Of a DNA stretch of 64,000 bases, positions 31,123 to 48,292 are shown piece by piece (within the stretch, counting starts at the first letter, position 1; every line of letters starts with the position of its first letter). A program made the translations under genes and the position numbers. The notes under the pieces are model-generated. The model had not been told where the DNA came from and did not search any database. It saw only the letters and a list, made by a program, of their open reading frames with translations. The stretch spans positions 518,615-582,614 of the forward strand of contig NW_002060962.1 in assembly GCF_000150275.1 (NCBI RefSeq), read 5' to 3'. This DNA is from Trichoplax adhaerens. Lineage: Eukaryota > Animalia > Placozoa.

Positions 31123-34100
31123 ATGAAAGTGGTAATTCTACTTTTGGATATTATAGCATTAAAACGATTTCCTCGAAATTGATAGAGTACATAGGCAATA
31201 TATGTGTGTCAAAGTAACTTGTCTAAGTGATTTTTTTTCTTAACGGTATGGCTGAAGTACTGCTTGTCAGGTCATGCATCGGCGCCATGTTCAGTGGTTC
31301 AACATCGGCAAATAACCGTCATGCTAGATTGCAGCTTGAGCATGGTTCCAGCGCTGCACTTTTTACCTGTTCCCGTAGTTACAAGGTGACTTCCATCATT
31401 TATTTTACTTGCAGTATTGTAACTTAAAGTAAATAGAATGGATGATATCCAACGCTATTGGAAGACTTGAAACTAATGTCTTGTTGTTGTAATTAGTGAA
31501 AGATTATCAAGCTGCAGAAATTGGAACAATCAGTTTATGAAGAGCAAGGTAATGAGACTACAATGGATCATCCAATTGCATTTTACCAGTGTATCTTGTT
31601 AGCCATATTAATTTGAATGTGTAATTCAGAGCCAATCCGCATAGTCAATGATATAATTATCATTTCTATATTAATTTGTAGCTTATTTTGGAGATAGTCG
31701 TCATTACGCTACAGCGGTAGGCCTCGGTAGTGTGGAGGCATAATACAGTGCTATTTAAAGCTTATAGTACTATTATGATACATATGATTCTTTCTGCATA
31801 GGAAAGTGTCACAAAATAGTTTATAGGGTTACTAATCAATGCAACATTTGAACTCAGTCATAAAGATCTAATAAAAGATTTGAGAATACTGTAGATCAAT
31901 AATCAGTATTGAACAGAACCGATCATTCGGTCGCAGATATCGTTGTGGCAATTGATTGAGGACGATTTTATCATGACTTCAGTTTATCTCGTCGATTAAG
32001 GTTAATAATTAATAGATGCAGTATGCACTACAGCTTTCATAGCTTCAAATGATGGTGTTGTTCTTTTTTGTAAAATTTGTTACCACATACTGCATGACTT
32101 ATACTTAGTTGATAACTGGCTGTCGCTTGGAGGAGTATTTCTGATAGTCATAGAGATCAATTATAATCCTATTGATATAGTAATTCGCCTACTGACTAAA
32201 TCCTAGCTATGTTATCAGCTAAGATTAGTTTATTTGAAGTATTGCATGTTAAATAAAGTAAAGGTACAAGTATAGCACGTGAAGTATAACAAACGAGGGA
32301 TCGACTAGTATATATATAGTGTATAACTTGCAGCAATATCCAGGTACTAATGCTAATATTATTTAATATATCTAGGTTATTAAAGATATTAATGGTATAC
32401 CGTTTATCGATAGTATGCCGGAATTTCGTTTACCGGAGGTAGGTGAACTCAACATTTCATACTTATAACCGTTTGTGCTTTTAACTAAAGAGAGAACTGT
32501 GTCTGTACGTATGCAAGCTTATGCGCGCTCTTTGCACTTAACGGTTTCGATACTACATGACGAGACTATTATTATATAAGCTTTACTTATCATGGCATTG
32601 CATTACGTAACTACGTACAGCATGATGTGAAAATAATTCAAGATATACAAATATTGTAAATACGTATACTAATATTGGTTCAATAGATGGGTTTCTTGGA
32701 TCTCTTAAATCTTGATGCAATATTGATATCGAACTTTTATTGTATGTTGGCTTTACCATACATTACTGAGGTTTGTCCGTACATTATACTTATAGTTCGT
32801 TATAGTAATAGTTTTGCTATTTCACATCTACCTGCTGCCACTTGACTTGTTTTTATACAATTTAAATTATTATCTCAGCGATGCGAATTTCACGGGAAAA
32901 TCTATGCGACTGAGCCAACATTGCAAATGGGAAAGTTAGTATCTGACCGAAATAATTCTCATGTGATTAGCGTCGGCTGTGATGAATTTGATATGTTTAC
33001 CTATTAGTTATATTAAATTAGGATAATTTTATTATTATTATTATTAAGATTGTTAATGGAAGAATTGGTATTTTATAACGAACGTGTTTCGAAATCTAAT
33101 TCTATTAATGAATGGAAACAACCTGACATTATTAGGTACAACTTTCATAATCGCATTGCCAATTAATGATACATTATTTAGTTTAATGGCTTTTAAAAAT
33201 GAAAATTATTACTATTGAATTTTTACAATAGATTTCTTCCATCGCCTCTAAATCAGTTTGGAGATATCGCTGCGTGGAAATCGATATATACGTAAGTTGT
33301 ACTAAATAGTAATACTTATATCTCTGTTGGCTGAGACCTGTAATAATATATATTTATTGTAATCTATTTCTATGATTATAAACCTACAATTTACAGCATT
33401 AAAGAAGTTGAAGCTTGTTTGTCTAAAGTTCAAGCTGTCCGACATCTTGAGAAATTAGTAAGGTGGCTTAAGTTAGTTAGATAAAATTCTTTTAGATAAC
33501 AGTGGCTATGTTTACTTAACGACACAGGACTTATTTGGAGCATTTAATGTTACCGCTTTAAGCTCTGGATTTTGTTTGGGAAGTAGCAATTGGATATTAG
33601 AATCTCCATATGAAAAAGTACATAAGTTGTAATAATTGTAAAATTTTGACTGACCAGTCTAGATAATTGCAAGGCATTATTTTATCATGATAGAGGTATA
33701 ACCTACAAACTTCTTTCTAATGTTGTTTTATCGTATTTTTAGATCAGTTACCTATCTTGCTCATCTATCTTTAGTACACACCCTATGGTACGGCTTAATT
33801 TAATCCGTTACAATTTGTACTGTTCACCTGAAATTTTATTGAATGTGCTATTAACATGCATTTTTGTTTAATTCTTTGGTATAGCCCTTAGATCAAGAAG
33901 CTTTGAAGAAAAGTGATATTGTTATTTTAACTGGTTTAAGTCAAGTGCCATATGCAAATCCCGATCAACTTGTAACGGAACTATGCAACAATTTGGGTAT
34001 GTTTTCATGTGTACTTGTAAAGTCATGAATATCTTATTAATTTTTTATCTTCGCATCATTCAAATAGCTTTTACCCTAAAAAATGGTGGGAACGTTTTGA

Positions 34101-36402
34101 TTCCAAGTTATCCAACGGTGATTTAGCTAAATATTATGACACGTATATTACAACACATATATATATTAATTCACCTTTAGTAAGAAAACTTATGTTGTCG
34201 CTATTTTATAGGGAATTATTTACGACTTACTAGAATGCTTGTGCACGTTCATGGATCAATCAGGTCTCGGGAATATACCAATTTATTTTATTTCCCCTGT
34301 AGCTGATAGTTCTTTGGCTTTCTCCAATATTTATGGGGAATGGTAATTTATACACAATATTAAAATTCCGTGAATTAAAACCATTTACTTCATATAAACT
34401 ATTTTTATATTCCGTTTACTACATATTTCGATGTCTGGGTACCAGGCTTTGCAACACGAAGCAAGATAAAGTCTATTTACCTGAGCCACCTTTCATCCAC
34501 GCCGATGTAACATTAAGCTTATAACGATTTATACTATATAACGTTAATTTGTTAAAAAGGAGTGGTAAATATTAAGATTTTTAATGCCCTCCTATTTTAC
34601 AGTTGGTCAAGACGAAAAGGTTGCAACATTTCCCTAATTTACAAGGTAATTTTAATCTCTAAGAATTAATACCAAGCAGTGGACTAAATAACGGACTAAA
34701 ATTTATTTTTACATACTATAGATGGCTTTGGAGATGTGTTTAGTCAGCCATGTGTCGTTTTTGCTGGACATCCTTGCTTACGGATTGGTGACGCTGTTCA
34801 TTTTATGGAAATGTGGAGAAACGACGAAAAAAGTTCTGTGATTTTTATAGGTACGTTCATTGGTACGGGTTGGATACTATACTGTTGTACAGTATTCGAA
34901 ATGATTACTATTAACGACTAAATTTACAGTATATTATTGTATGTAACACTTGTGCTAACCTTGAAGTTAAATCTTTTGATATACAAATATAGAACCGGAT
35001 TTCCCTTACGAAGACGCCCTAGCACCGTTTCAACCACTTAGTATGAAAGTAGGTATCTAATGGTAAATTCTGTAGATACTTTTGACACGTAATGAATACA
35101 TTGTTATTCTTTAGGCATTTTACTGTCCCATCGATCATCGGTTAAATTTTAATCAGGTCAACAAGTTACTTCAAGATATAAAGGTATGCTGTATGATTGT
35201 CAGGCATTTACTTACGAGTCGGGTGTAAACAGCCTGAAATTCATAAAAAATAATTTTAACTATTTACTATCTTAATAACGTTGATACTTTTGTTAAAGCC
35301 ACAACGTTTAGTTTTACCTGAGAGCTATGTCAGGCCTTATGACGCATTTGGTCGTCGAATTGAACATTACGTTAACGCGGTGAGATTTCATTATACCTAC
35401 AATATAAGGCAATAATATTGCAATCTGGTATGAATTTGTATTTGTCCTGTTCGTAAGTTGTTTCTGTCGTGTTTTAGAGTGTTCCTACCCACCCGTATAA
35501 TAAAGGTGATGTTTTAGCTTTGCCGTTAAAAAGACAGTATGAAAAAGTTGTCATTAGTAATGAGGTATCCTAGAAAAATTTTGATTTCATAATAGATTCC
35601 TGTGCTACTTGCAACTTTGTATAGTCTATATTTCTTATTACGAATAACATTTTTTGTTAGTTAGCAAGCCAGCTGCATTTATCAGAAGTAAACAATTCAA
35701 CTTTAATTGCTTCCGTGAGAGGATCATTGCATGTGTGTGACAATAAGCACACCCTTGAAGTGAATGATAGGTAAGCGTGCTTGCTTTGTAATGTTATTTG
35801 ATACCCTGCAATAACATATTGAAACTGTCACCTAAGTCCGTCGTTTTATTACAGTAAAAATATAGTAGAGGATCACAACGACTATCTATGCGGGAAAATT
35901 GCGGTAGATGAATTGTTGAGTCGACTTTCTAAGGTTACTACTTTTACGTATAGTGCTTCGGCTATGCTGCATCTTTTATAACTTAGTAATAGAAACTTGA
36001 AACCATTTATTTAATATTTTGAAATGCAGTTGGGAATGTCGAACATTTCATCGGAAAGAACTGTCGCTGGTTATTCAATATTTATGGTTAGTATCTATAT
36101 ATAGACTTTGGGAATACCTGTCAATACCAATATTTAACATATATATATATATTGTGTACGAGTGTATTAATGATTCTGTTAGGAATGTCTAGTGTAAATA
36201 GATTTCGTAAGCTATTACTAATTCTTATAAGTGACGTTAATTTTTAATATTTTAAAATCATGGCTGCTGATAGAATTCTGAAAATGCAGAAGATGCTCAC
36301 ATAATGCTAGAAGATGATTGCACGCATGTCATAACTCATGGTAACGAAGATTTACGTCGTCGAATAAGAGATTGCATTGTAGACTGCCTGACACACTTGT
36401 AA
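31123..36402 (+). CDS. INTS9: Integrator complex subunit 9 (catalytically inactive MBL/beta-CASP)
   Basis: Many short exons: MKV|[11 protein letters not shown]...MLDCSL...FLPVPVV; [12 protein letters not shown]; [19 protein letters not shown]; [11 protein letters not shown]; [12 protein letters not shown]; [11 protein letters not shown]|[10 protein letters not shown]; [17 protein letters not shown]; [12 protein letters not shown]; [23 protein letters not shown]; PIDHRLNF; ...[11 protein letters not shown]. Confidence 0.93.
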
Positions 36403-38102
36403 AGTATGCCTTTTATGGAAGTTATCCGATTTCGTCAGTTGCCTACTGAAAGAGGTTTAGCACGCTACATTAACATACTATTTAGACGTCACAAGTAGGT
36501 AGGCTTTGATATTGATAATGGAATCTACAACGTAACCTAAATACAATTAAAATTGAAGTTCTTGTAATATCAGTAACCAGCATCTGCTTACGTTATTTCG
36601 ATACTGATAACGCCTAGAATTTGGTGGCAAATAAGGCAATTTATGTTGACTATGAGTACATCAAAGCTTTGTATTGATAGTATTTGTAAAGCAATTGATT
36701 TGATTATGACTTTTGTTATATCCTATAGTATATTTATTGTATATAGTGAAAGTTTCTTTGAAGTCTGAAATGGACGTTATCTTGCTTACTTCTATAATTG
36801 ATCTAGAATTATTGGTTAATTTCGTGTTGAGTATATGTTGTAATATATGAGAAAACAGCAAAAGAATAGACTTAAAAATGTAATTTATTTAATGTTAGTT
36901 CGATTTGTCGATAAACGGAGCTGTTATTCGAAGTTGGTGACGTATGATATAGTCATATTATTGGTTTGTTATTATTGTGAGGATAAATTTTCAGACTTAG
37001 ATCAATCATGATTTGAGGTTATGACAACATTGTTCATTTTTAATCTGTAAATTATAAATAGTTGCAGATTGCATTCTACACCTACGAACTAGTGCGAAGT
37101 ACACTGTATAAAATAATTATGCTGTACTGTACATACACGTATAAATATGCTACGTCATTTGTATTCGTATAACATTGTAATTAACGTATTGTAAATCATG
37201 TTCACCATAAAAATATTGCAGTTCTAATTTTACGTTGTAATATATAGTTATATTATATGCACGTATATGGTAACTTGGAGTGACAATTAAATAAAGTTTA
37301 TGTTTTGAAGTTGTTTGGTTATTGAACCGGTTGATGATGCCTCCTTGTTACTTGGCTGAATAGAGTGTGCTATTCATTGCGCAGTCATTAAGTATTCCAC
37401 TATACATAACCGAACAGTAATGTGATAATATGGATTTATTAGTAGAAATTTTTTATTTGCAATATCTTCAACAGTGTTTGTAAAATAAATTCTATTGCGA
37501 GTTATTAGTCATCATTGAGTCTTGGAAGCCTTGACTACAGTGATGGGCCACTAGAAGAAGACCATGCTATGGTGTTATATCTGCCCGAATTTGGCCAATT
37601 GAACATACAAAAGAATGTAGTTAAGTTACGTATTGATATGGATAGAGGAAAGAGAATTTACTAAGCGACTTTGAGAGCTTTAGAGATTATATTGAGCTAG
37701 GATCCGCATACAGCTGAGTGATATGCATCGAATTGGATCCCTTGAAACTGGAAATCCTTGCATATATAGGAAGTTTGTTTTACAATGATAGCATTTCCCT
37801 AGCCGCGAAATAAAGTCCCACAGGTGCAATCCTCAACTTCTCCGCAACATTAGCAAAAAATTGCACTTCACGCAGTATCATCATCCCAATATAGAAGCAC
37901 AGGTAACATTCATGCTGTAACTAAATATAATCTTTGCCTACTCACTCTGTTCAATTTTAGTCCAATAAAATGTATCTGGCCAATAATGCCAACTCAAGTG
38001 TGAGCTATACTGAAGAATGCAAGCTGGATAAATTGATTTAGTTAGATAAATTAGTCGTTCGCAGGACGGGTACTACCGATAGTTATTACAATAACTTTCG
38101 CA

Positions 38103-38532
38103 TTGATTTTCCTAGTCTGTAGCGAGTATTTATTATATATTATATACGTAAGGAAGGATAAGGATTACCAACATCGACTATATCATGATTTATCATATTG
38201 ATCCGTTGCCGGGTTGCGAAAGCAACTTGGATACAGATTTACTACTTTGATTTTCCTAGTCTGTAGCGAGTATTTATTATATATTATATACGTAAGGAAG
38301 GATAAGGATTACCAATATCGACTATATCATGATTTATCATATTGATCCGTTGCCGGGTTGCGAAAGCAACTTGGATACAGATTTACTACTTTGATTTTCC
38401 TAGTCTGTAGCGAGTATTTATTATATATTATATACGTAAGGAAGGATAAGGATTACCAATATTGACTATATCATGATTTATCATATTGATCCGTTGCCGG
38501 GTTGCGAAAGCAACTTGGATACAGATTTACTA
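38103..38532. repeat. Near-perfect tandem repeat, 144-bp unit x3, upstream of EIF2B4
   Basis: Units start at 38103, 38247 and 38391 and differ by only 1-2 substitutions; each carries CCGGGTTGC-GAAA-GCAACTTGG. Confidence 0.92.
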
Positions 38533-38802
38533 TCGTATTCTAAAGTCTGGACGATCAACGCCTATCGTATATGGCCCCAAACAGCAGTAAAAAAACTCTA
38601 TTACTACTATTGTCGCTGACCACACTCGCTGACGGTCTATCACCCAAGGCCGTCTGTCCGTACTGGATGATTGGATACAGGACATAGACCAGCAATGTGG
38701 GAAAAGGAAGTACGGCACTAGTGACTTCTGGAGGCAATCAGGCGGCTGTCGTTGTCCTTAACTGGGCTGCATAAACATTGAAATCAGCTTATCCAAAGCA
38801 AA

Positions 38803-41800
38803 ATGGAAGCCAAAGCACATAGGAACGAAGGTAAAAATGGATAGAAAAGCTCGAAGGTGTTGCTAGGATAGAGGGTAGTCAAATAATTCTGTGTAGGAGT
38901 AGTTGTATCGAGTTAAAATTTCAAGTAGAACGATACTGGTCCCAATTTTCAAGACGCCATTAGCGTTGGTGTTAGTGGATTGTCGTAGTGGATCAATCCA
39001 ATGGTTTTCGTTTTGGTAGATGGATATGAGGAGATGGCTGCAGCCAGTTTATAAGCTCGATCTCCGAGTTAGTGAAGAGCAGGATTTACTTCATAGTCCT
39101 ACTTGTTGGAATATTCTTTTACTGAGTAGTCTTATCCAGTTAAAATTTCTAGTAGAACGATGCCAGTCCAAATGATCTGGACGACATGAGCGTGCTAATT
39201 GCTTGGCGTTTACTTGACTGTCTCAGTGGATCGATCCAATGGTTTTCGTTTTGGTAGACGGGTATGAGTAGATGACAGCAGCCAGTTTATAAGCTCGATC
39301 TCCGAGTTAGTGAAGAGCAGGATTTACTTCATAGTCCTTTACTGTTGGAATGCTCTCTTACTGAGCAGTCTTATCCAGTTAAAATTTCAAGTACAACGAT
39401 GCTAGTCCAAATGATCTGGACGACATCAGCGTGCTAATTGCTTGGCGTTAGTTGACTGTCTCAGTGGATCAATCCGATGGTTTTCCTTTTAATAGACGGG
39501 TATGAGGAGATGACAACGGCCAGCCTGTAAGCTCGATCTCCAAGCTGGTGAAGAGCAGAATTTACTTCATACTGTTGCAACATTCTCTTACTGAGTAGTC
39601 TTATCCAGTTAAAATTTCAAGCAGAATGATGCCGGTCGAAATTATCTGCACACCCATTAGCGTGCTAATGGCGTTAGTTGACTGTCAATTGACGCAGCAG
39701 ATCGATCATAAGATCGAATGGTTTTAGTAGACGGGTATGGGCTGTAGGATATGGCAACAGCCAGTCTATAAACTCCATCTCCGAACTGGTTAAGAGTAGG
39801 ATTGACTTCATAGCCCTTTACCATTAGAGCATTCTCTTACTAGCAGACTTGATAGATTTACTATTAGGAAATTGATTTAACCAAAATGAAAAAGGCTTGA
39901 AATTCGGATGCTGTTGTCTTGAATTCTGGTTGTATTCCTTGAAGTGGCGATGTCTTGTTGCTATAACATTCCATCCATACGTCATACGTTGTTTTTGGGA
40001 GGGGGGATGAGAAATTCATGTGAAATTAAATCAGCTAACATCGATATACCATACAATATTTTTTTTGGAGGGAGGGACGGCGGTCGGTGAGAAATTGATG
40101 TGGAATTAAATCAGCTGAAATAGAACTAAGCTGCTTCGCGTTTTCTTTTCTCATCATTCGCAGTCTTACTGTGGATGTTATTGATTGAATCGGCAACGAT
40201 ACTAATTGATCATTACTCTGTTAGGAAACGTTAACGAAGAAGGTTCAGATGCTAGAAAGAAATCGAAAAAGGCTCAGAAACATCAAGATGATGCTAGCCC
40301 AGATACGAGAAGCGTAAGATTCGAAGAATCCAAGAGTAACAAAAAGAAGCAAGGAAATAAACGTCAAGTAATTTTGTTGATGTGCTTGTTTGTAATGATA
40401 TGAAATAATACTGCATTAGCAAGAGTATTGCCATTTCCTTATTCGTTATTAGACATACAAAATGGACATGATATCATTATTCATTTCTCTTTCCTTCTGC
40501 ATTAAGCGTTATACTTGCGTAAAATTGAATGCTATGCATCCCTTCTATGATATTACGGCGTTGCTGTAGTCCATTTTGAATTATCATGCGCTATCATTCA
40601 AGTGATATACCCTTAGTACTCTTATGATAATCAATAACGATTTACTATCATGTAGTCTCTAAAAGAAAATATAAATATGTAAAATAAGAGAAAATTCAGT
40701 AGATGTTGTATCCGCTTACGAATGATGCCAATTATTTATACAACGCTGAGGTCTCTTACAGTAACTCCATGCCCAGTCCATGCCATTTAATTGTAGATAA
40801 TTTGTAGTCATAACAACGAAATGGACTGTATTACTTCGACAACATAATCTGCAATTTTCAATAGTCTCCTAGATACTGTAATACTTATAAATAATCCAAC
40901 CTAATTTTAATCATTTAGTACGATAATCAGTTGTTAAATGCTACATGTTTAAAGCATTCTATGGCTTTACAAATTGGAGAGTTTAAGAGCAACTTTGGTA
41001 TAATGCGATAATGTCATACGCTTTTGTCATAGGAACCGAAAAGCAACAGCAAACCTCCACCTACTGGAGGGTCACGCTCAGTTCGACCCCGAGTCAGTTC
41101 TATGCTTCAGGCTGATGATCAGAAAGTTTTAGCAAAATATGCCAAGTCGTTACAAAAACAACAGGTAGGAAACTTGTAAACTATTTATAAATTACTGCGA
41201 TATATTTAAATACTATTTCTAGGTATCAAAGAGTGGCTGTTGTTAGTAAATGGCGACTTCTCGTTTACCGGTTGTTAACAGTATCGAGTGGTTTTAATAA
41301 ACTATCAAAACTTTTCACTCAGGTTCCACAGCGGAAAACGATACAGAAACAAGTTGAAATGTTTGCACATTTATATCAGTATGCTCCTGATACTTTAACC
41401 CATAATATTAGGTAAATTCTTTCGTGTAATATTGAGGAGAGATGTTCTTACTCCTGGTCTAATATTAAATAATTTGCTTGCATGGCATTGAGCTGACCTT
41501 TGTAGCCTAAAAGACTTTTTTTCTACTTTTATTTAGCTTTTCAACATCTGTTATACATCCTGCAATCATTAAATTGGGTTTACAATACGCCGAAGGAATT
41601 ATTTGTGGCTCTAACGCACGCTGTGTAGCATTATTAGCTGCCTTGAAGAAGGTATTATTCAATTTATTTTATTTAAGGTGTATCATTTTTCTGTCAATGC
41701 CTCAGAAAAATATATAACATACTTGATTTCACGAAAAGTTAAACTATAGCCATGCGAAAGGATGTAAATTCCCTTCACTAGCAATATTTCTTTATAGTTT

Positions 41801-43804
41801 TTGATAAACTTATCTATTAATTATTATTATTCGATGGTTTTTAACTTATTCTTGGCTCTATCGTAACGAATCTATAGGTTATACATGACTATCAGGTTCC
41901 ATCGCAAAAGGTTTTATCACGCGATCTTGAGCAAAAGTTAAAACCTTGTATTACGTAAGTATTTCTAAATGTAACCCTGTGGATAAAACCAATAGGTCAA
42001 TGTTGTTAAATGACGATTTTAAGATAGGTTACTGGATCTTTTGATAATAGTCGGGTTTTATAGCATTAGCGGAAATGTGTATCGTTGATTGTCGAAGTTC
42101 ATGTTGATAAATGTTGCACTAAAATCATGCACATCTAGACTGATAGCTGCCTCAGTGATTGCGGTATTTACAGTACAGTAACTTCTTTGCACTAAAAACA
42201 GTTCTCTGCTACTTCTAAACAGGTTTTTGCAACAATGTAGACCCTTGTCAGTAAGTATGGGATCTGCAATTAAACACATCAAGTTGCAAATAAGTGAGAT
42301 ATCTCCAGATGTATCAGAAAAAGAGGTATTTGGCAAGAAGTATTTTTTATTGTTTATTTAACAGTAAAATATAAACTACAAGCTTTATGACAACACATAC
42401 ATATTTTTAACAATTCAGGCAAAGGACAGGCTCTGTAACAGTATTGATAGATTTTATAATGAGAGGATCAAATATGCTGACGAATCGATTTCAAAGACTT
42501 ATGCCTCGACTAAGATTAATGACAATGAAGTCATTTTGGTTTATTCATTGTAATTAATTACTAAAAATAATAATAATGAATTAAATAATGCGTATGCAAT
42601 ATAGATACGGGTATATCATATAACGTTAGACTTCCACGTCAGTAATCAAGGGTGACTATATCCCATTATATTATTACTAGCTCGTCATTGGTACTAAAGA
42701 TATTAACCGATGCGCATGAAAAGAAGAAAAAATTTCGCGTGATAGTTGTTGACAGTCGCCCAAAGCTTGAAGGTATATTTTTGTTGATTAAAATTTATGT
42801 TGGTGTGTGATGAGACAGCAATGTTAATGCGTTTGTAATCAACGAAAATTTTACGCTTACTATCATATTGATAATGTTGCCTTGTATTGATGTCATTCAT
42901 AGGTCGTGAACTTGTTAACCGCTTAGTTAAGATTGGCATTCGTTGTTCCTATGTATTGATCAATGCAGTTTCTTACGTAATGAAAGAGGTTTGTAATGTT
43001 GATGCCAAGTATAGACGGAACACTATCACTTCAACACTATCTCATTTTAGTTACTTTAGAGAAGTGTCAAGTGTAACATCTATTAGTAAGAACTGCTTAA
43101 GTCTTGTAGCATTTTCTGATTTATAGTGGTATCTTTACTAGTTTTATTTGTAAGAAATTCTTTTTGTTACATGTTAAAGGTTACGATGATTTTACTGGGC
43201 GCTCATGCATTGCTAGCTAATGGATATGTAATGTCCCGAGTCGGAACTGCTCTAGTTGCTTCAGTAGCCCATTCGTATAATGTCCCTGTTCTCGTGTGCT
43301 GTGAAACGTACAAATTTCATGAACGTGTACAGACTGATGCATTCGTTTTTAACGAGCTAGGTATATTGAGAATACAGTCTACGTATTATGATACCTCTCA
43401 CGCGCTGTTTATGTTTAAATGATAAAATGTTGTGAATCTAGCGATAAGCTACATATCATTCATGATGAAGTGCCTAATATTGCGACTACGCGTAGATGAA
43501 TATCTGATGTTATTCCGAATATGGAAAATTTGACTTCAATGCTGTATCGCATTTCAGGATACATTTAATTTCATTAATATTTTATTTTACTGATCGGATA
43601 GGTGATCCCGATGTTATGATCGATCTTGGGAACAGAAAAGAAGGCAGAGTATTGGATGAATGGCGAAGTATTGATTCTCTTCGTATCCTAAATCTATTAT
43701 ACGATGTTACACCTCCCGATTTCATTACTATGGTCATAACGGAAGTTGGCATGGTACCTTGTACATCCGTACCGGTTCTTCTGCGCGTAAAGCATTATAA
43801 TTAA
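38803..43804 (+). CDS. EIF2B4: Translation initiation factor eIF2B subunit delta
   Basis: Probable exon 1 MEAKAHRNE (38803-38830) joins in phase to GNVNEEGSD...; later [142 protein letters not shown]. The start exon is less certain than the core. Confidence 0.92.
38885..39845. repeat. Diverged tandem repeat, ~230-240 bp unit x4, in EIF2B4 intron 1
   Basis: gttaaaatttc recurs at ~38912, 39139, 39378 and 39608 with shared blocks (aagctcgatctcc, gtgaagagcag, tttacttcata). Confidence 0.88.
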
Positions 43805-44110
43805 TGTACAGTGATGGTGGATTCGATTTATTACTCTATATTTAAGTATAATCAACATGTGGAACCGAAAACAAAAAACCATTAGTAATTTCGATATTGC
43901 AAGTGATCGGATTCCTCTCGGACTTCATTCAATGGCTTTTGTGCGATATCTTTACCTGATATTGTTATGTACACTGTATGATATGTGCTATATTTGGTAT
44001 AGTATTCCTGTGATGATGACAGTTAGTGTACTATAAAGGTGTACATCGTAGATGTACAACATGAAATACTTACGGCTTATATACTACTTGGATATCCTAC
44101 TACCCGGTAA

Positions 44111-44156
44111 CAAGGACTTTTTAGGGAAAATTCGAATTTTCTCTTAAAAGTCCTTG
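44111..44156. mobile_element. 46-bp foldback palindrome with 7-bp flanking direct repeat (minimal MITE-like insertion)
   Basis: CAAGGACTTTTTAGGGAAAATTC|GAATTTTCTCTTAAAAGTCCTTG: 23-nt arms with one mismatch and one G-T pair; CCGGTAA on both sides (44104-44110, 44157-44163). Confidence 0.65.
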
Positions 44157-45050
44157 CCGGTAACCGCAGTTAATACACGTGCAGTTTTTGACCATGTATC
44201 GTCATTGATTGTAAGAATGTGATGCGTACGTTATGAAATTTACAATTAAGATTAAACACAATAAATGCTTCGATGTACATATGACATATACTACACAGGC
44301 TTATGAGGTATGCTTCGACTTGTACAACTTTAAGTAATCTTAAATAATCAAGTTTCTATGTTTTGTTAAAAGAGTGATCGAAATCAAATCGTATTAATGC
44401 GATAGCACGTGTATCACACTGTCAGTATATACCGTGGAATTTCTACGAGTTTTGCTAGTATATACGTCTCGGCAATAATAAGCAATTCCGTAGTGACAAA
44501 TAATGACCCCGTGGATATGAATCACAGTTAATTACCGCTTCGTTGAACTTTGCGTGGTACTGCAATTTTGCATTATTTAGCTGCCTATGAACTGTGATAA
44601 CCCTCTCAGTGAAGCGACAGGACGTTAAACTAGTAATTACTGTTGCCTGTGTTATCCATCGAAATCAGTGTAAAATCCTTATCATATTTAGTTTCCACGT
44701 TAGCATAGAATTGATCCCATTTTAATATCTTAGCCGATCACTGTGTAAGTTAACATGGTGCATACCTAATCTACCCATAGCTTCATCACAACTAACCCAG
44801 ATCCACAATTCATGATATCATCGACTACTGTTACTGTTGGTTATAATTAGCAATTAAAAAATACTGTAGTATCTGGTTCAAAACTACATATTAAAAATAA
44901 TTGTCTACAATTTTATTTATAGCAATTGCATATTTTTTCCAAAGTCAGTTTGATGGAATAAGCGTACACGTGAGCATCTATATTGATAAAAATTGAATGA
45001 TAGGAATTTGATAAGCAAGTCATTGATTTCAGTATCTTTAGAGCCAGCAA

Positions 45051-47887
<2,837 letters not shown>

Positions 47888-48139
47888 TCTTGCGATCAAT
47901 TGCGAGAACGATGATAGTCAGCGGGCGTAGTAACGCGATGCGGTAGTGGATTAGTAGGGTACAACGGCGACCCCGAGGGGTGTTGTATCGCTTTGGTGAC
48001 ATTCCTTTTGTAGCAAGCTTGGTTACTAACGGCCATCTTGTGTATCCATGGATGGTATATTCCTTGAAATATGGTACGCTACTTTGATCACGGAATCCAA
48101 TCATGCGCGAAATTAATGTCACTCATCTCGGAGTCGACG

Positions 48140-48292
48140 CAGTACAGTACAGATTCTACTTTTACTACTGCAAAGTCAGAGCCTTACAGTTTGTACCGTG
48201 TACAGTACAGTACAGTTTGTACTGTAGCTTCCCGTGACAAATCATTCTTGACTACGGTCTCTACCCTACAGTACTTTAATATTGTACTGTAC
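48140..48292. repeat. CAGTA/TACTG pentamer array upstream of AK2
   Basis: cagtacagtacag, tacagtacagtacagtttgtactgtag and gtactgtac, ~250-400 bp upstream of the ATG at 47887. Confidence 0.7.

Noticed and set aside
37509-38041. Possible small orphan gene on the plus strand between INTS9 and EIF2B4 (exon-like stretches 37509-37624, 37701-37772, 37803-37902, 37961-38041)
   Set aside because: Joining them needs a 30-nt intron and a weak donor; no start exon or homology was recognised. RNA-seq would be needed.
38103-39845. CRISPR-like or hammerhead-containing arrays
   Set aside because: Whole units repeat with no unique spacers, the context is eukaryotic with no cas genes, and no complete CUGANGA/GAAA core with three stems was found on either strand.
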